Origin: a virus
Reading direction: 5' to 3' (one strand)
DNA: 59,919 nt
Virus genome (UHGV): UHGV-0342645
Each line of letters begins with the position of its first letter. Position 1 is the first letter of the stretch. Both the position numbers and the translations under genes were made by a program. Below are positions 17,921 through 27,827 of the stretch, piece after piece. The notes beneath the pieces are model-generated. The model was not told where the DNA came from. It searched no databases and saw only the letters and a program-made list of their open reading frames with translations.

Positions 17921-18232
17921 AGCTTGCCATTCAAGACTGCATCCTTTAAGATAACCACAGTTAACGAGGTTTAACAATTTAACAACATTAACTTAGTGAA
18001 CGATGCTTAACTCAAGCCCTTGAAAGTGGTAGCTGTACCTCCTTACAGCAACTACTTTCGCTGGGCTTCCTGGAGCGGACAGGGTAAACCCGCAACTTAC
18101 TGAACGATGTGAACGATGTTTAACGCGACGGCGCCAGATGTACCAAACCGTCACCAGCCTTTGGCGAGGCTGTACAAGTAGGCCAGGATAGACGAAGACG
18201 GCAGTCAAAGTAAGCTATCCGACAATCAAGAG

Positions 18233-18264
18233 AGCCCAGGAATCCTTATGCCTGGGCTTTTTTG
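18233..18264 (+). terminator. rho-independent terminator
   Basis: GCCCAGG-loop-CCTGGGC followed by TTTTTTG. Confidence 0.6.
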
Positions 18265-18337
18265 TTCCTTGAGATCAACAGAACTTCAATATAAAATTCT
18301 TTATGAAGTGTTTTACATTAAAGTTATGGAGACAAAC

Positions 18338-18805
18338 ATGGCAGTAAATATTCGCGCTAAAGGTCAACGCGGTGAGCGGGAAGTATGCGATTTCTTTAAT
18401 GCAATTTATGCCGAAATCTACGCAGAGCTGGGGATGCAGTTACCGGAAAAACCTATTGCTCAGCGTAACCAGAATCAAAGTGCGGTCGGTGGTTGCGACA
18501 TTAGCAATACGTGTCACCATGCGGTTGAAGTAAAAAACCATGCTACGCCACAAGTAAACACATGGTGGAAGCAGACTGTTCAATCTGCTAAAGAACTTGG
18601 CAGATATCCAGTTCTCATGTATAAAATAGAACGGAAAGGATGGAAGGTTGTTCTACCGCTCAATCCAGTTGTCTTTAGCAATGGTGAGTGGCAGTGGTAC
18701 GAAGTTAAAGATTCCATCCGCGCGGAGATTAGTCTTGATGACTATCGCATTATTTTTAAAGCTCACGCGAAACAATGGTTAATTGATCGCGGTTCAATTC
18801 AATAA
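18338..18805 (+). CDS. PD-(D/E)xK-type nuclease (possible junction resolvase)
   Basis: GGAG RBS before MAVNIRAKGQRGEREV; GGCDIS...HAVEVKN fits a D...E.K nuclease core. Confidence 0.35.
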   Translation: MAVNIRAKGQRGEREVCDFFNAIYAEIYAELGMQLPEKPIAQRNQNQSAVGGCDISNTCHHAVEVKNHATPQVNTWWKQTVQSAKELGRYPVLMYKIERKGWKVVLPLNPVVFSNGEWQWYEVKDSIRAEISLDDYRIIFKAHAKQWLIDRGSIQ

Positions 18806-18814
18806 GGTGAAATT

Positions 18815-19417
18815 ATGACTGACGTATTAAATAACATGCACACTATTTCTATAACTGATTCTAGCGTAACTGATTCTAGCGTAACTGTTACACCCTTTGC
18901 GCCAACTCTTCTCGGGGTGAAGCGGTTAACTGATACGGCAATTCTACCAGCGTTCGCTACTGCTGGGGCAGCTTGCTTTGACCTGCACGCGGATCTCAAA
19001 AGTGAAGACGGTTGTGAACAAATCATTTTCTCTTACGAGCACATATTCCGCACAGGGTTGGCGTTTGATATCCCTAAAGGGTATGCGCTTATGGTCTATT
19101 CCCGTAGTGGACACGGATTCAAAAATGACGTGCGTTTGGCAAACTGCGTGGGCGTTATTGATAGCGATTACACTGGCGAAGTTAAAGTTAAGCTTACTAT
19201 TGATCATGATGGTAGTTTTACCGTTAGTCATGGTGATCGTATTGCGCAAGCTATGCTTATTAAGGTGCCTTGCGTGCAACTGGTAGAAGTAGACGAGCTT
19301 AAGACTACTGAGCGCGGTGCTAATGGCTTCGGGTCCACTGGTACGTCTGCCAATGTGGTTACAGCAGAGGAAGAAGCTGCTACGCATCCAATTATAACTT
19401 CCCGCTATTTGAAATAG
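18815..19417 (+). CDS. dut: dUTP diphosphatase
   Basis: dUTPase motifs RSGHGFK, VIDSDYTGEV and GDRIAQ; N-terminal tandem SSVTDSSVT from a 15-nt direct repeat. Confidence 0.8.
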   Translation: MTDVLNNMHTISITDSSVTDSSVTVTPFAPTLLGVKRLTDTAILPAFATAGAACFDLHADLKSEDGCEQIIFSYEHIFRTGLAFDIPKGYALMVYSRSGHGFKNDVRLANCVGVIDSDYTGEVKVKLTIDHDGSFTVSHGDRIAQAMLIKVPCVQLVEVDELKTTERGANGFGSTGTSANVVTAEEEAATHPIITSRYLK

Positions 19418-19658
19418 GTTATTTATGGGTAAACGGAAGAAAAAGTTATCAAAGCAAGTAATATCTGACATGGAACCCTATACACCTTGTCAGATACCTG
19501 AAGCGTATAAGCCTTCACCATTAATGGAGGATGCTGAATGGAGGAAGGTTGCTAGATTACTAATCCGTTTAAAAAGATTAATTGATACGAATTGAGTCTT
19601 GCCCTGCCACATGGATGTGCTATTATACATACATCGAAACACAACAGAGGACAGAAAA

Positions 19659-20069
19659 ATGTTCGACGCAGATAAAGCAGTACAAGCAACAGAAGCAGAT
19701 GTAATTGAGTGGTATAAAACTAAAGCGGAATTGCAGAAGCTGCAAGCTCGTGAGCGAGCACTCCGTGATAAGATTATTAAGTCCTATTTTCCAGCGCCGT
19801 CTGAGGGGACTAATAAAGTTGAAATTACTGGCGGGGTTATGAAGATGACCCACAAGATTGATCGTAAGATTGATCTTCCAAGCCTTAACGGAATCCTGGG
19901 CGATCTGATTAAAGTTGGTGTTAACGTTGATCAGCTTGTGGAAAATAAACCTGTATTGAAAGTTGCAGCTTGGCGTAAACTTACAGCGGAGCAAGCCGCA
20001 GTCTTCAACCAGTGTGTTGAATCTAAAGTTGGATCTGCGTCACTGGAAATTGTTCCAAATAAAGCTTAA
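19659..20069 (+). CDS. hypothetical protein
   Basis: Internal ATG MFDADKAVQ; 136 aa. Confidence 0.4.
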   Translation: MFDADKAVQATEADVIEWYKTKAELQKLQARERALRDKIIKSYFPAPSEGTNKVEITGGVMKMTHKIDRKIDLPSLNGILGDLIKVGVNVDQLVENKPVLKVAAWRKLTAEQAAVFNQCVESKVGSASLEIVPNKA

Positions 20070-20110
20070 CCACATTAACGGGCGGTTGATCCGCCCGAGA
20101 GGAAACTAAA

Positions 20111-20902
20111 ATGCGTAAAGAATCTCAGAAAGCTTATCATGCCCTGTTAAAAGGTGTTGTAACTGTCAAAGTTAAGTTTGAAGCAGGTGGTCGTCTTTAT
20201 ACCTACCGTGCTTTGGAAAGCGACGAATTACAGCCGGGCGATACTGTTGTAATTCAATATAACGGCAAGTTCTTTACTACGGAAGTAGTAGAAGTGGATC
20301 AGTATCCGGACTTCAGCAAGGATGTTGAATATAAATGGATTGTGTGCAAAGTGGACGAAGAACGCTATGCCCACTTCCTGGAACAGGAACACATGTTCGA
20401 ACAACAGATGTTGGCTTTGTCCGCAAACAAAGAAGCAGAAGCGACCAAGAAAGAACTGATCGAGTTGTACGGTGAAGAAAATGTCGGTTATTTAGCAGGT
20501 ATTGCTCAGGGTAAAGTAATGGTCCCGACATTGAATGACGTTATTGAAACTATGCTACACAACTTTGCGGATGGTACAGATCTTAACGGTAGTGTTGTTG
20601 AGTTTAAAACCGGACCTTATAATGACGAAGCTGTACAACGTCAGAAAGATTTATATGTACAGGTGCTTGGTCGCGGCTTACGCACAATGGAAGGTCCGCG
20701 TGTAGACTGGGAAAGCCGTTACAATAAACACATTGCAAACATGTATACTCTGAACGGTTTCACATGGCATGACTTTATGGCACCGGGCGCAAATAAGGAG
20801 AATAAAGAGGAGGTGAAAGCTGCTAAGATTTTGTTTGATCGTTTCAAACGCAAACAGTACCCGATTGAGAAATATATCGAAGAGTTCAAAGACAAATTAT
20901 AA
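20111..20902 (+). CDS. hypothetical protein
   Basis: 263-aa ORF followed by a strong terminator. Confidence 0.5.
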   Translation: MRKESQKAYHALLKGVVTVKVKFEAGGRLYTYRALESDELQPGDTVVIQYNGKFFTTEVVEVDQYPDFSKDVEYKWIVCKVDEERYAHFLEQEHMFEQQMLALSANKEAEATKKELIELYGEENVGYLAGIAQGKVMVPTLNDVIETMLHNFADGTDLNGSVVEFKTGPYNDEAVQRQKDLYVQVLGRGLRTMEGPRVDWESRYNKHIANMYTLNGFTWHDFMAPGANKENKEEVKAAKILFDRFKRKQYPIEKYIEEFKDKL

Positions 20903-20908
20903 TAAACT

Positions 20909-20932
20909 AAAGGGGGAGCAAGCCCCCTTTTT
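20909..20932 (+). terminator. rho-independent terminator
   Basis: AAAGGGGG-AGCAAG-CCCCCTTTTT. Confidence 0.65.
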
Positions 20933-20942
20933 AACAGGAGTT

Positions 20943-21590
20943 ATTATGAGAGTAACAATTATTTCTGATGCAAGTTTTTGTCCAAATACAAAAGCCGCAG
21001 GCTATGGTGGATGGGTAGTTTGCAACCGCGGAAGTAATGCTAATGGTGGTCCATTACGCGGCGCTCCGGATAACAATGCAGCCGAAACAATGGCAATTTG
21101 CAATGTTATTTGGGAAGGATTCAAAGCTAACTTAATTCATTCTGGTGATCATTTAGTTGTCCAGACAGATTGTTCAACTGCTATTAAAGTGTACAAGGAA
21201 GCAAGTTGGAAAAGCGAGCAAGAAGGTGTCGCTTTCAAGTGGTTGAACGATCAACTTCGTAAATATAACCTTACTATTGAGTTTCGTCATGTTAAAGGTC
21301 ATACGAGTAATCAGGACCAACGTAGCAAAGCTCAAAGATTCTGCGATGAACGTGCGCGTTCTGCTATGCGGCTGGAAAGAAGCAAAATTCGTTTGCAGGA
21401 ATGCAAAGAGCTTATTTCCGAAGCAAAGAAAAAGGAAAATAGACCTAAAAAGGGCAGCGGGCATTTACGTCGCAATACTCGCCTAAACCAGAAAGCAGAA
21501 ACCGTTTGGCGGCGTTCTATGGGTAAAGGTATGGGTGTAAATTCAATTACAACTCGCTCGGACTGGTCAGACTTTGACTATGAAATGTAA
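20943..21590 (+). CDS. ribonuclease H
   Basis: AGGAG RBS; IISDASF...AAGYGGWV, AETMAI, VQTDC and HVKGHT match the RNase H-like D-E-D-H/D arrangement. Confidence 0.6.
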   Translation: MMRVTIISDASFCPNTKAAGYGGWVVCNRGSNANGGPLRGAPDNNAAETMAICNVIWEGFKANLIHSGDHLVVQTDCSTAIKVYKEASWKSEQEGVAFKWLNDQLRKYNLTIEFRHVKGHTSNQDQRSKAQRFCDERARSAMRLERSKIRLQECKELISEAKKKENRPKKGSGHLRRNTRLNQKAETVWRRSMGKGMGVNSITTRSDWSDFDYEM

Positions 21591-21599
21591 GGAGGGGAT

Positions 21600-22514
21600 A
21601 TGGCATTCAAGCCACATTTAGCAACTGACGCGGTTGAAGAAAAGATTAAGTTTCCGTGCTGCATACTGCCTAAAATCGACGGTGTGCGCGGTTTAAATCC
21701 GGATGGGCAAATAGTAGGGCGCAGCTTAAAGCTGTTTAAAAACCGCCATACAAGCGCAATTTTCAGCGGTCCTCAATACATGGGCTATGACGGTGAGCTT
21801 GCAGCAGGAGTTGAAACGGACCCGGATCTGTGCCGTAAAACAACCAGTGCGGTAAATACAATTGAAGGTGAGCCATTCCTGAAATGGCACATCTTTGATC
21901 TGTGCGCGGAAAGTGTTGCAGAGCTGGGCTATGAAGCACGCTACAACATGATGAAAGACTTTATAACCACACAGCACGCGAAAGGTGAACTGCTCGATCT
22001 GCAAGTTGTGCCGATGTATGTGGTTAAGTCTTTGCAAGAGCTGCTCTACTGGGAAAACATCTGGCTTGATATGGGCTATGAAGGTATTATTATCCGCGAT
22101 CCTGAAAAGCCTTATAAGCATGGGCGCGGTACAGTTCGTGAAGGCGGATATCTTCGTATTAAACGCTTTATTCAGGAAGACGCTATTGTCCTCGATATTA
22201 TTGAGGGTGAAACTAATCTTAATGAAGTTACTGTTAACGAGCTGGGAAGGACTACACGATCTTCACATCAGGAAAATAAAGTTCCTAACGGTATGATCGG
22301 GACGCTTGTTTGTAAAGACGTCAAGACTGGCAATACAATCAACGTTAGTCCTGGTAAACTAACGCAAGAGGATAAGATTTATTATTGGAATAACCCTGAC
22401 AAGATTAAAGGTCGGACTATTTCATATAAACACTTTCCTCATGGCGTTAAAGATAAACCGCGTTTTGCTAACTTTATGCATTTCCGCGATGAAACTGATC
22501 AGGCTTTAGATTAA
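21600..22514 (+). CDS. ATP-dependent DNA ligase
   Basis: Adenylation motif I KIDGVRG (KxDG), EGIIIR motif and overall size of small phage ligases. Confidence 0.8.
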   Translation: MAFKPHLATDAVEEKIKFPCCILPKIDGVRGLNPDGQIVGRSLKLFKNRHTSAIFSGPQYMGYDGELAAGVETDPDLCRKTTSAVNTIEGEPFLKWHIFDLCAESVAELGYEARYNMMKDFITTQHAKGELLDLQVVPMYVVKSLQELLYWENIWLDMGYEGIIIRDPEKPYKHGRGTVREGGYLRIKRFIQEDAIVLDIIEGETNLNEVTVNELGRTTRSSHQENKVPNGMIGTLVCKDVKTGNTINVSPGKLTQEDKIYYWNNPDKIKGRTISYKHFPHGVKDKPRFANFMHFRDETDQALD

Positions 22515-22579
22515 AAAGTAATTGAGGGTTCAAAGTATATTACGTTACAATGAGCACGAACTTAAAAGAGAGGCGTTAA

Positions 22580-23308
22580 ATGGCCATTGAAATTAAAATG
22601 TCTTCACAAGTAGTGCAAGACACAGGCGTTAAAATTCTGGTTTACGGTGAAGCGGGTATGGGTAAAACCAGCCTTGTAGCGACGCTACCTAAACCAATTT
22701 TGATCAGCGCAGAGTCCGGTCTGTTATCTATTGCAGCGGAAAACCTTAATCGCGTTTATGGTAACATGGGATTGCCGATCGTTTATGATATCCCAGTTAT
22801 TGAAGTTAAATGTCTGGAGAACGTTGAAGCTGCTTATCAGTGGTGTGTAACTCCAGCTAACCAGCAGTATTTCGATTCTATTGCGCTTGACAGCTTGAGC
22901 GAAATTGCTGAACAATGTTTAAATAATGCGAAAAAAGGAACAAAAGATCCTCGTCAAGCTTATGGTACTTTGCTTGAAAAGATGCAAGATCTGATCCGTA
23001 AATTTCGCGATATTCCTGGCAAACATGTTTATATGTCTGCTAAAATGGGCAAAGACAAAGATGAAGTCTCCGGTGTTACCGCGTATGCTCCATCTATGCC
23101 TGGGTCCAAATTGGGGCAAATGCTCCCTTATTTCTTCGACGAAGTGTTTCGTCTGAATGTAAATAAGGATCAGCAAGGTAACTCGTATCGTTACTTGCAA
23201 ACTCAACCGGACTTTAATACAATCGCTAAGGATCGTTCGGGACGTTTAGATGCGGTTGAAGTCCCACACTTAGGTTCTGTTATCAACAAAATGAAAGGTA
23301 TCAACTAA
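22580..23308 (+). CDS. RecA-like ATPase (Sak4-like recombination protein)
   Basis: Walker A VYGEAGMGKTSL in a roughly 240-aa protein directly upstream of an SSB-like gene. Confidence 0.5.
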   Translation: MAIEIKMSSQVVQDTGVKILVYGEAGMGKTSLVATLPKPILISAESGLLSIAAENLNRVYGNMGLPIVYDIPVIEVKCLENVEAAYQWCVTPANQQYFDSIALDSLSEIAEQCLNNAKKGTKDPRQAYGTLLEKMQDLIRKFRDIPGKHVYMSAKMGKDKDEVSGVTAYAPSMPGSKLGQMLPYFFDEVFRLNVNKDQQGNSYRYLQTQPDFNTIAKDRSGRLDAVEVPHLGSVINKMKGIN

Positions 23309-24192
23309 TGACTATGCCAACTAATTTCCACTTTGACGCGAGCAGCTATCAAGCACCTTCTTACGGCGCATTGCCGAAAGGTTGGTATAAAGCAGTAATT
23401 GAAGCATCTGAATTTAAACCGACCAAAAATGGCGGTATGGCAATCCAGGTAACGTTTAGCATCATTGACGGTTTTGCTAAAGGTCGTAAAATCTTTGCTC
23501 GTTATAACGTCATTAACGACAACGAAGATACTGTACGCATCGCTTACGAGCAGTTGGGCGCTCTTTCCCACGCTGTAGGCGTAATTCGCTGGGATACTCC
23601 TGCTCAATTGCATAACATTCCGCTGAACCTGCGTCTGAAAGTTCGTTCTCAGGAAGGTTATGAAGACAGCAACGAGCCTAACGGTTACGCTAACATTAAC
23701 GATCCGGTTAAATATGCGGAAAAAGCAGCAGAGGCTCCATCAATGGGTGCTCCAGCAGTAGCTAACCCGTTTGGTGCAGGTGCGCCAGCACAGCAGCCAA
23801 CTTTCCCGGGCGCAGCGCCACAGCAGCCAGCAGCTAACCCGTTTGCTCAGCAACAGCAAGCACCTGTACAACAGCAAGCTCCGGTGCAGCAACAGCAGCC
23901 AGTTCAGCAGCCTGTGCAGCAGCAACCAGCACCGCAGCAGGGCACAGCAGCTCAACCGTGGCAGAATGCCGCACCGCAGCCGTGGGATAACCCTGCTCAA
24001 AACGCAGCGCTACAGCAGCCAGTTCAGCAAGCTCCGGTACAACAGCCAGTAGCGCCGGAAGCAGCTCAGCAACCGTGGGCGCAGCAGGTAGCGCAGCCGG
24101 GTCAGGCAGCGGCACCGCAGCAGCAAGCGCAGCCACAGCAGCAAGCTGAACCGCATCCGGCACAAGCCGCAGTCCCGCCGTGGCAGCAGTAA
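23308..24192 (+). CDS. ssDNA-binding-like protein with Gln/Pro/Ala-rich C-terminal tail
   Basis: About 130-aa globular N-domain followed by about 150 aa of PVQQQ/AAPQQ low-complexity repeats; start overlaps upstream stop. Confidence 0.4.
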   Translation: MTMPTNFHFDASSYQAPSYGALPKGWYKAVIEASEFKPTKNGGMAIQVTFSIIDGFAKGRKIFARYNVINDNEDTVRIAYEQLGALSHAVGVIRWDTPAQLHNIPLNLRLKVRSQEGYEDSNEPNGYANINDPVKYAEKAAEAPSMGAPAVANPFGAGAPAQQPTFPGAAPQQPAANPFAQQQQAPVQQQAPVQQQQPVQQPVQQQPAPQQGTAAQPWQNAAPQPWDNPAQNAALQQPVQQAPVQQPVAPEAAQQPWAQQVAQPGQAAAPQQQAQPQQQAEPHPAQAAVPPWQQ

Positions 24193-24218
24193 GTTAACCC
24201 TCCCTCTGTAGTGTCCCT

Positions 24219-24246
24219 AAGCCGTCGAAAGACGGCTTATTTTTCT
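24219..24246 (+). terminator. rho-independent terminator
   Basis: GCCGTC-GAAA-GACGGC followed by TTATTTTTCT. Confidence 0.6.
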
Positions 24247-24257
24247 AAGGTACTCCA

Positions 24258-25166
24258 ATGGCTATTTATATTGCAGAAAAAACACTTCAAGCAATCAATG
24301 ACGGTGTGCAAAAAGATCAGGGCGGGACTTACCGTAAATATCTCGGCGTAGTTATTCCTACAATTGAAGACGCATATCGTCCTGAAAGCGGAAACCGCAG
24401 CCACTTAGGCGCTTCCCTTATTGGACAACAATGTGCTCGCAAGCTGTTCTACGGATATCGCTGGGCTACGCGTAAAGAGTTTGATGGACGCCAGCTTCGA
24501 TTGTTTAACCGCGGACATCTGGAAGAAGCGCGCTTTATTGCTATGCTTCTTGCGGCAGGTATGCAGGTCTACCAGCAGGATGAAAACGGACACCAGTTCC
24601 GTATTAGCGAAGCTGGCGGACACTTTGGTGGTTCCTGTGATGGTGTGGTTATAGGTTGTCCGGATGTTCAGCCTGGGATGCCTGTGCTTACTGAAATGAA
24701 GACCCACAACGATAAGTCTTTCAAGAAACTGAAAGCTAAAGGTGTCAAAGAAGCTAAACCTGAGCACTATGTGCAGATGAACGTGTATATGCGAAAGCTT
24801 GGACTTGGTGCAGCGTTATATCTTGCTGTAAACAAGAACGATGATGAAGTTTACGCAGAAATTATTCCATTTGATCCGGTCACTGCGGACATGTATATTG
24901 ATCGTGGTGTGCAGATTGCTATTGCTACGGATATTCCTGACCGTGCATTCAAAGACTCTACCTTCTTCGAATGCAAATGGTGCGACCACTCCTCATTGTG
25001 CTGGCGTAAAACTATGCCGGAAGTAAACTGTCGTACATGTCAATTTCTTGAGCCAAAAGATGATGGAACATGGTATTGCAATTTCCATTCCGTTGCAGTA
25101 GATACGCAGGGTCAAAAAGTTGGTTGTCAAAACTATCAAGTAGCTAACTATTACGGGAAAGATTGA
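24258..25166 (+). CDS. Cas4/RecB-like PD-(D/E)xK exonuclease with C-terminal Cys cluster
   Basis: N-terminal GASLIGQQCARKLFYGYR, central D/E/K residues, C-terminal CKWCDHSSLC...CRTC...C cluster. Confidence 0.45.
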   Translation: MAIYIAEKTLQAINDGVQKDQGGTYRKYLGVVIPTIEDAYRPESGNRSHLGASLIGQQCARKLFYGYRWATRKEFDGRQLRLFNRGHLEEARFIAMLLAAGMQVYQQDENGHQFRISEAGGHFGGSCDGVVIGCPDVQPGMPVLTEMKTHNDKSFKKLKAKGVKEAKPEHYVQMNVYMRKLGLGAALYLAVNKNDDEVYAEIIPFDPVTADMYIDRGVQIAIATDIPDRAFKDSTFFECKWCDHSSLCWRKTMPEVNCRTCQFLEPKDDGTWYCNFHSVAVDTQGQKVGCQNYQVANYYGKD

Positions 25167-27145
25167 TTATGCATCTCCGCGATTATCAACAGGAAGCAGT
25201 TTATAGCGTATTCCGCTATTTTGATGCCGAAAAGGGTAACGCGGGGAACCCTTTGATCCTGTTACCAACAGGGACAGGAAAATCGCTCGTTATCGCGGGG
25301 TTCCTCGATCTGCTTTATAAATGGTATCCAAACCAGCGCGTAATGATGTTAACTCACGTCAAAGAGTTGATCGCGCAAAACTATGATAAATTAATGAAAG
25401 TCTGGCCTGAAGCGCCAGCAGGTATTTACAGCGCTGGTTTGAAGCGTAAAGAAGTTTATAATCTTATCACATTTGCGGGGGTTGCATCTGTTGCTAAGCA
25501 TCCTAAAAAGTTTGGCAAGGTTGATCTAATCTTTGTGGATGAAGCGCACCTTATTAGTCCTCGTGATGCAACAATGTATAAGAAGTTCTTTGCAGCATTG
25601 CGTGAAGTTAACCCGTATTTAAAAATTATCGGTCTTACCGCTACACCTTATCGACTGGGTTACGGCTCAATTGTTAAGGAAAACGAAGACGATGATGCTT
25701 TATTTGATAAAGTAACGTTTGATGCAACTACCCCTGAAGCCTTTAACTGGTTCCTGGAGCAAGGCTATTTGCTTCCGGTTGTGCCAAAGCGTACAAAGAT
25801 GGAACTGGACCTCAATGGTGTAGGGAAACGCGGCGGTGAGTTTATTCAGAGTGAGCTGCAAAGTGCGGTAAACCGCAACGACGCAACACTCCGCGCACTT
25901 GAGGAAGCCATTGAATGCGGTGAAGACCGTCAAAGCTGGCTTATATTTTGTTCTGGCATTGAACACGCTAAAGATGCGTGTGACATGCTGAACGATATGG
26001 GTATTAGTTGCGGATGTATTCACTCAAAGCTTGATGCAAAAGAGCGTGATGAAATTATTGAAAAGTTCAAGCGCGGGGAGTTTCGAGCATTAACGAACAA
26101 CAACGTCTTAACCACAGGTTTCGACCATCCGATGCTCGATCTAATTATTATGCTCCGCCCAACTGCCTCGGCGGTGCTATGGGTTCAGATGTTGGGTCGC
26201 GGTACGCGTCCGGTATACGCGGAAGGCTTTGATCTTTCCACGCAGGAAGGCCGCTTGCAAGCTATTGCAGCAAGCCCTAAGCAAAACTGTCTTGTACTGG
26301 ATTTCAGCGGTAATACGCGTCGTTTGGGCCCTATTAACGACCCTGTTAAACCCAAGCGCCCGGGCGAAAAAGGTGCTGGCACTGCTCCGGTTAAAGAATG
26401 CGATGTGTGCGGGTCGTATAATCATGCATCTGCTCGCTATTGCGGTGGCTTTGCACCAATTCCTATGGACAGCGTTACACAGGAACAAGTTCAACAATTA
26501 TATTTGAAGGGATTCAGACTACGTGGAACGGATTATGTTAAAGAAGGATTTTGCGGTCATGAGTTTAAGTTCCAGACCAAACTTAAAAAGGCAGCAAGTA
26601 CCGAAGCATTGATCAAGCAGGACATTCCTGTAGTTGAAGACTTTAAAGTTACGCATGTTACTTATGCGAAGCACACTAAACGCAATGACAGCTCTAAACC
26701 TCCAACAATGAAGGTGACTTATTATTGCGGTAGTAAAATATTCAGCGAATGGGTAGCTCTGCTTCATGGTGACTGGGCAGGTCGTAAAGCGGTTGCATGG
26801 TGGAAGAAAAGGACGCATCTACCTTTACCACAAACTATTGAAGAAGCTCTTGATGTTGCTGCAATGCTCAAAACGCCGAAATACATCAAAGTTCATACCA
26901 ATAAGAAATGGCCTGAGATATTGAACTATGATTATGATGGTACGTGTTTCGGTAAGTTTGAAGCACCACAGGAAGACGAAGCTATTCAAGTTAAAGTATA
27001 CGGGCAAGATGGAACAACCGAAGGTCCAAGCTATAACGATGATGTGAGCTGGGATGATATTGTTTCGCAGAATACGCAAGGTATAACAGTGAACAATGTG
27101 GTTAACCCTGTACAAGTAGATGATCCGGATTACGTTCCGTTCTAA
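25163..27145 (+). CDS. SF2 DEAD/DEAH-box DNA helicase
   Basis: Motif I LLPTGTGKS, motif II FVDEAHLIS, later GRGTR-type motif; C-terminal Cys/His-rich region. Confidence 0.7.
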   Translation: MIMHLRDYQQEAVYSVFRYFDAEKGNAGNPLILLPTGTGKSLVIAGFLDLLYKWYPNQRVMMLTHVKELIAQNYDKLMKVWPEAPAGIYSAGLKRKEVYNLITFAGVASVAKHPKKFGKVDLIFVDEAHLISPRDATMYKKFFAALREVNPYLKIIGLTATPYRLGYGSIVKENEDDDALFDKVTFDATTPEAFNWFLEQGYLLPVVPKRTKMELDLNGVGKRGGEFIQSELQSAVNRNDATLRALEEAIECGEDRQSWLIFCSGIEHAKDACDMLNDMGISCGCIHSKLDAKERDEIIEKFKRGEFRALTNNNVLTTGFDHPMLDLIIMLRPTASAVLWVQMLGRGTRPVYAEGFDLSTQEGRLQAIAASPKQNCLVLDFSGNTRRLGPINDPVKPKRPGEKGAGTAPVKECDVCGSYNHASARYCGGFAPIPMDSVTQEQVQQLYLKGFRLRGTDYVKEGFCGHEFKFQTKLKKAASTEALIKQDIPVVEDFKVTHVTYAKHTKRNDSSKPPTMKVTYYCGSKIFSEWVALLHGDWAGRKAVAWWKKRTHLPLPQTIEEALDVAAMLKTPKYIKVHTNKKWPEILNYDYDGTCFGKFEAPQEDEAIQVKVYGQDGTTEGPSYNDDVSWDDIVSQNTQGITVNNVVNPVQVDDPDYVPF

Positions 27146-27160
27146 TTGACTTCAACATCT

Positions 27161-27192
27161 AATGCCCCTACTATTGGGGCATTACTTATTTA
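27161..27192 (+). terminator. rho-independent terminator
   Basis: AATGCCCC-TACTATT-GGGGCATT followed by a T-rich tract. Confidence 0.5.
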
Positions 27193-27204
27193 TAGGGGAT
27201 TGCA

Positions 27205-27699
27205 ATGTACGTCCTGATTGATACAGATAAATTTGAACTCTTGGCAAAGCATCCCAATTGGCTGACACTACACCAACTTGGAATTATTTGTTGCCCTGAG
27301 TCAACACTGGTAACACCAGTAGACGATTTACACGATCTTGAAGATGTTGATCTTCAAATGCTTTATATTAACTTGACAGAAAACTTAGGAGCTGCACCTT
27401 ATGAACGGGAAATCGTTGAGCGCATTTTGTTTGATTACTTTACGCAACTTCCAGAAACAATCCTGGATCACGCCCAAATCAGCGCACAAGCCGAATTCTG
27501 TGTGGAATACGATATCCAAGGCTTTTGCTCACCTCAAATTGGGCAATACGTTCCGTCAATGGATGAAGGACTTTGGAAACCTGCCCGTGTCAAATACGAT
27601 GCTGAACGGGAGGGTGGTATTATTTCCGGTGCCAGGGTCGTTTGTGAGCAACCCGCATTGCAAGCTGCATGGACGCCGGGCAGAGGGGCAAAGAGCTAG
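27205..27699 (+). CDS. hypothetical protein
   Basis: 164-aa acidic ORF. Confidence 0.45.
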   Translation: MYVLIDTDKFELLAKHPNWLTLHQLGIICCPESTLVTPVDDLHDLEDVDLQMLYINLTENLGAAPYEREIVERILFDYFTQLPETILDHAQISAQAEFCVEYDIQGFCSPQIGQYVPSMDEGLWKPARVKYDAEREGGIISGARVVCEQPALQAAWTPGRGAKS

Positions 27700-27827
27700 T
27701 AAGTTCTAAGCTTGATCAAAAAATATTTTTAAAAATGTTCAGATAAGGGGTTGCGTGTCACAAAATCCTTTGGTACATTTAACCCCGTTGGTAACAAACG
27801 AACCCATAACAATTCGGAGTGAAGAGA

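Noticed and set aside
17993-18208. 71-aa minus-strand ORF inside the candidate non-coding RNA interval
   Set aside because: Antisense to the plus-strand transcription unit, Arg/Trp-rich, no RBS; region treated as non-coding
23740-24163. Minus-strand ORFs of 86 and 109 aa overlapping the SSB-like gene
   Set aside because: They lie antisense to the GC-rich Q/P/A-repeat coding region, have Leu/Arg/Cys or Ala/Leu/Pro-rich nonsense-like compositions and no RBS; low-complexity antisense artefacts
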